A program made the translations under genes and the position numbers. A stretch of 63,828 bases of DNA, the filler included, from Octopus bimaculoides (lineage: Eukaryota): NCBI RefSeq assembly GCF_001194135.2. It is 3 parts of 2 records of this genome, joined end to end, with 100 filler letters (N's around TTAATTAATTAA, not from the genome) between each part and the next. Parts side by side here need not be neighbours in the genome. Positions count along the whole stretch, not along the records: positions 40,279 to 63,828 come from NC_068994.1; 2 more parts are not named here. The stretch is one strand, 5' to 3'. How positions within the stretch are numbered: position 1 is the stretch's first letter; every line of letters starts with the position of its first letter. Of the stretch, positions 59,897-63,828 are shown in pieces. Below the pieces are notes generated by a model. It worked only from the letters and a program-made list of their open reading frames with translations. It was not told where the DNA came from and did not search any database.

Positions 59897-62789
59897 CGTG
59901 TGTGTGTGTGTATGTGTGTGTGTATATATATTTGAAAATAATTAGATAGATAGAATAATTAAATAGATAGATAGATATATACATAAGCACACACATATAT
60001 GTTATATATATATATATATATATATATACAGACACATACACAAACTCACACACATACACGCACGAATACATATATGTATAAATACATATCAATGATCCTC
60101 GGCAATTAACAGTAAGATTATCTACAATGATAATTACACTTAATATCAAATACTTCATACAAATTATATATGTGTTTATTTCCATATCTAAACATTTCTT
60201 ATCTTTTATTCGAAAATGTCTTTTGATTGCTTGTTTTACTTCAACACTCTGAATGCGTGAGTAAATTCCATGCCCTTTCCCGTAATTATGTTAATTATCC
60301 GCGAAAAGAATTAGAATTGATAAGATTTTCTTCTGCAACACTTTTTCGGCATTCGCGGGATGTCTATTTTTCATATTCACCACAAATTGTTTCTCTCTAA
60401 AGGGATATTTAATGAAATATGCAAAAACATTAACAAGATCTGAAAAACTTGCCTTTTGTAAAAAGAAGTGTTACCAGATTTCCCCGGCTTCCCTCAACGA
60501 AGGAGATTGTTTCTTCTTTGTGAAATCCATAGTGTAAACTGCTTTCGGCATTTAAAGGTAATAAAGCTTTCAGTGGAAATATCCGATTTACATTTATAAA
60601 ACCTTTAAAATGCCGTATGTGGGAATGAAATGCAACAGTGTTCCAAGACAGTACAATACGTAGTAAAGGGAAAAATTATTATCCACTGGCACAAGAATAA
60701 TTGTTCCTCGTGTACCTGACAATATTTAGAATTACATAAAATTCTACAATATTTAAAAGTATATAAAATTTTGCGTTGCCCTTATGAAAAGAAATTTTTT
60801 CTTCAGATTTCACTTTACCTCTGTAAACAACATTGTTTTTTTTTGCTTACAATTATTTTAAAATAAAATTTACTTCTAACCTTGCAGTCACAAAATATAT
60901 TTTCATTACTACTCATGTTATTACTCTGTTTTATATCATTACATTGCGACTGATTCCTATTTACCAAGTTACCTATATTGTGGAGGATGAGATGGGATTG
61001 AACTTAGGTTGTTTCCCTTTGTACACTAGACAACCCAACTACACATTTCTTACTCAAATTTATTCCAGAAGCATTACTATTGTTGCATTTAAAACGGTTA
61101 TAATTGTTAAATCATTTTCTTTCGTTAATTGAATATATAATTTGGGAGCAATCATCTGATAAAGAAGAGGCAATTTTAAGAAACTTAGGTTGATAATATC
61201 ATAATGAATACTTTCCTTTTTAAAGTGTTTAGAGAAACGTTTGTATAAGGCTCCGACCAAATTAATTTACTTAGCGAATGAGATTATGAATCAAATAATG
61301 TTCTTCTTATCAGGAGATGCATCATAGTTTTGAAATTTTCTAACATTATTAAATAAATTCAGGTTTTGTTTTTATTCTATTATTCATATTCCTAATCATA
61401 AGCGGACAATTAGATGAAGGAAGTAATGCATTAAGTTCTCGTATTTTGTATACTGTTATTCTCATTTGTACATTTATCCTTATTTATTTTGTCCTTATTC
61501 CTTTTCTTGTCATAAGAAGAGTCGTTGGAGATACTGCTGACCATATTTTTAGGATGACACTTCAATTTTTGCTTCTGTCCAGCTATCCTGAAGTGCCATA
61601 TTATAATAATCAGCATTTTTGTCAAGAAATATCCTTCTTGGACGATAGATGAATAACTACTTTAAAGATATTATCAACTAAAAAATCTTTAACAGAGCAC
61701 TGGTAAGAAGTGGAGAATTATATATATATTACATACCCATATATATGTACATATGTATATAGACATGTATGTGTGTATCTGTGTGTCTCTACCTACCTAC
61801 CTANNNNNNNNNNNNNNNNNNNNNNNNNNNNNNNNNNNNNNNNNNNNNNNNNNNNNNNNNNNNNNNNNNNNNNNNNNNNNNNNNNNNNNNNNNNNNNNNN
61901 NNNNNNNNNNNNNNNNNNNNNNNNNNNNNNNNNNNNNNNNNNNNNNNNNNNNNNNNNNNNNNNNNNNNNNNNNNNNNNNNNNNNNNNNNNNNNNNNNNNN
62001 NNNNNNNNNNNNNNNNNNNNNNNNNNNNNNNNNNNNNNNNNNNNNNNNNNNNNNNNNNNNNNNNNNNNNNNNNNNNNNNNNNNNNNNNNNNNNNNNNNNN
62101 NNNNNNNNNNNNNNNNNNNNNNNNNNNNNNNNNNNNNNNNNNNNNNNNNNNNNNNNNNNNNNNNNNNNNNNNNNNNNNNNNNNNNNNNNNNNNNNNNNNN
62201 NNNNNNNNNNNNNNNNNNNNNNNNNNNNNNNNNNNNNNNNNNNNNNNNNNNNNNNNNNNNNNNNNNNNNNNNNNNNNNNNNNNNNNNNNNNNNNNNNNNN
62301 NNNNNNNNNNNNNNNNNNNNNNNNNNNNNNNNNNNNNNNNNNNNNNNNNNNNNNNNNNNNNNNNNNNNNNNNNNNNNNNNNNNNNNNNNNNNNNNNNNNN
62401 NNNNNNNNNNNNNNNNNNNNNNNNNNNNNNNNNNNNNNNNNNNNNNNNNNNNNNNNNNNNNNNNNNNNNNNNNNNNNNNNNNNNNNNNNNNNNNNNNNNN
62501 NNNNNNNNNNNNNNNNNNNNNNNNNNNNNNNNNNNNNNNNNNNNNNNNNNNNNNNNNNNNNNNNNNNNNNNNNNNNNNNNNNNNNNNNNNNNNNNNNNNN
62601 NNNNNNNNNNNTATATATATATATGTATGTATGTATGTATATAATTTCTATACCATATATATAATACACATATGGAACTACATTATATATATATTACATA
62701 CCCATATATATGTACATATGTATATAGACATGTATGTGTGTATCTGTGTGTCTCTACCTACCTACCTACCGACCTACCTACCTACCTAC

Positions 62790-62822
<33 letters not shown>

Positions 62823-63828
62823 GATCGATCGATCGATCTTCCCCCTTCGCTCACTCTCGCTCTATACACAAACACATATATATGCATATAAATATAAGTG
62901 CGTATGCATGTGTGTATACACATACATATATACATATATGCAGTGAATAATGTGATTTGATAATGTTCGTACTGTTTGTACTGTGTGCACAGATTTTACT
63001 GAACCATAAAGTGAAACATCTACATATTAATAAACGGTCTCAAACCTGTATAGAGAAAGCAGTAGTTACGCGCAGATTTCCACAACCATGTAGTTTAACA
63101 TATTCATATAGATATGTATACATACATACGTACATACATACATACATACATNNNNNNNNNNTGTGTGTGTATTGGGTTGTGCTTGTATATGTAGGTATTT
63201 CACAAATATTTAATCATATGAAAACAAAAGAGATATGTACGCAATAGTACATAAAAGAACTATTTCGTAAAAGATATATATACTTATCTATCTATATGTA
63301 TGTATACATGTGTACACACCTACCTATGTCTCAATGTATCTATCTATTCTATATCTATGTATCTATCTCTTCATATACTTATCATTCTATATACATTATA
63401 TTGGATGGTGCTTTTTCTCATAATTAATTGCATTGCATTTTCTTAATATATCTCTTTTTTAATTTTATCTTTTTGTTTTTGTATCTTTCCCTCCTTCATT
63501 CTACTTCAGTACCCATCTATTACAAATCCTTTCACTGTAACTCATATTCAACTGCCCTCAGTCGTCAGTCTATATATATTCCTTGCTTGTTTTTTTGTGT
63601 TTCCTCTTTCATTATTCCATTATTTCAAGCGACTTCGATATCATCAATTCTCGTAAGATTTTTCCGATATTTTTTTCTCACAATTGTAGATATTATTTAT
63701 TCAGCAGTATTTTTTTCACGCATATGAACCAGTTTCTATTAGTAGGAGCATAAATCAAAATTATACTGCATATTGTTACTTTTGAAAATTCAGCACGTAT
63801 ATACATGTATTCATTGAATTTTCGTCAC

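Noticed and set aside
60250-61300. Moderately long open stretches on both strands
   Set aside because: No recognisable motif, internal stops, no consistent splice sites; possibly an old TE but not supportable.

Overview
AT-rich, microsatellite- and transposon-dense eukaryotic DNA. It is very probably octopod cephalopod (Octopus), inferred from SINE families and repeat style rather than a database search. Two 100-bp N44-TTAATTAATTAA-N44 spacers (21439-21538, 40179-40278) look like artificial scaffold joins and split the window into three blocks. By hand I found three spliced host genes that the ORF track mostly misses. (1) The last coding exon of PPIL2/Cyp60 on + (4153-4249, ending GFGDFSTW*). 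(2) The last three exons of a chymotrypsin-like S1 serine protease on - (17669-17803, 10550-10695, 9930-10082), with catalytic Asp and Ser; the His exon is missing. (3) The first four coding exons of an ATGL/PNPLA2 (brummer)-like patatin lipase on - (34534-34702, 27727-27962, 24351-24416, 22052-22319; 246 aa, GASAG and DGG intact); its 3' exons are missing. The lipase donor and protease acceptor are phase-compatible across a spacer. That gives a 390-aa lipase-protease chimeric frame, more likely an assembly effect than real, but directly testable. Upstream lies a candidate first exon/promoter with two inverted FOXO-type sites next to a full CRE. The rest is RTE, CR1, R4/Dong-like and Penelope retroelements, several SINE families, two non-autonomous Helitron-like elements and a Chapaev3-like transposase relic. 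Several Penelope-type repeats carry minimal hammerhead ribozyme motifs with non-canonical cores.
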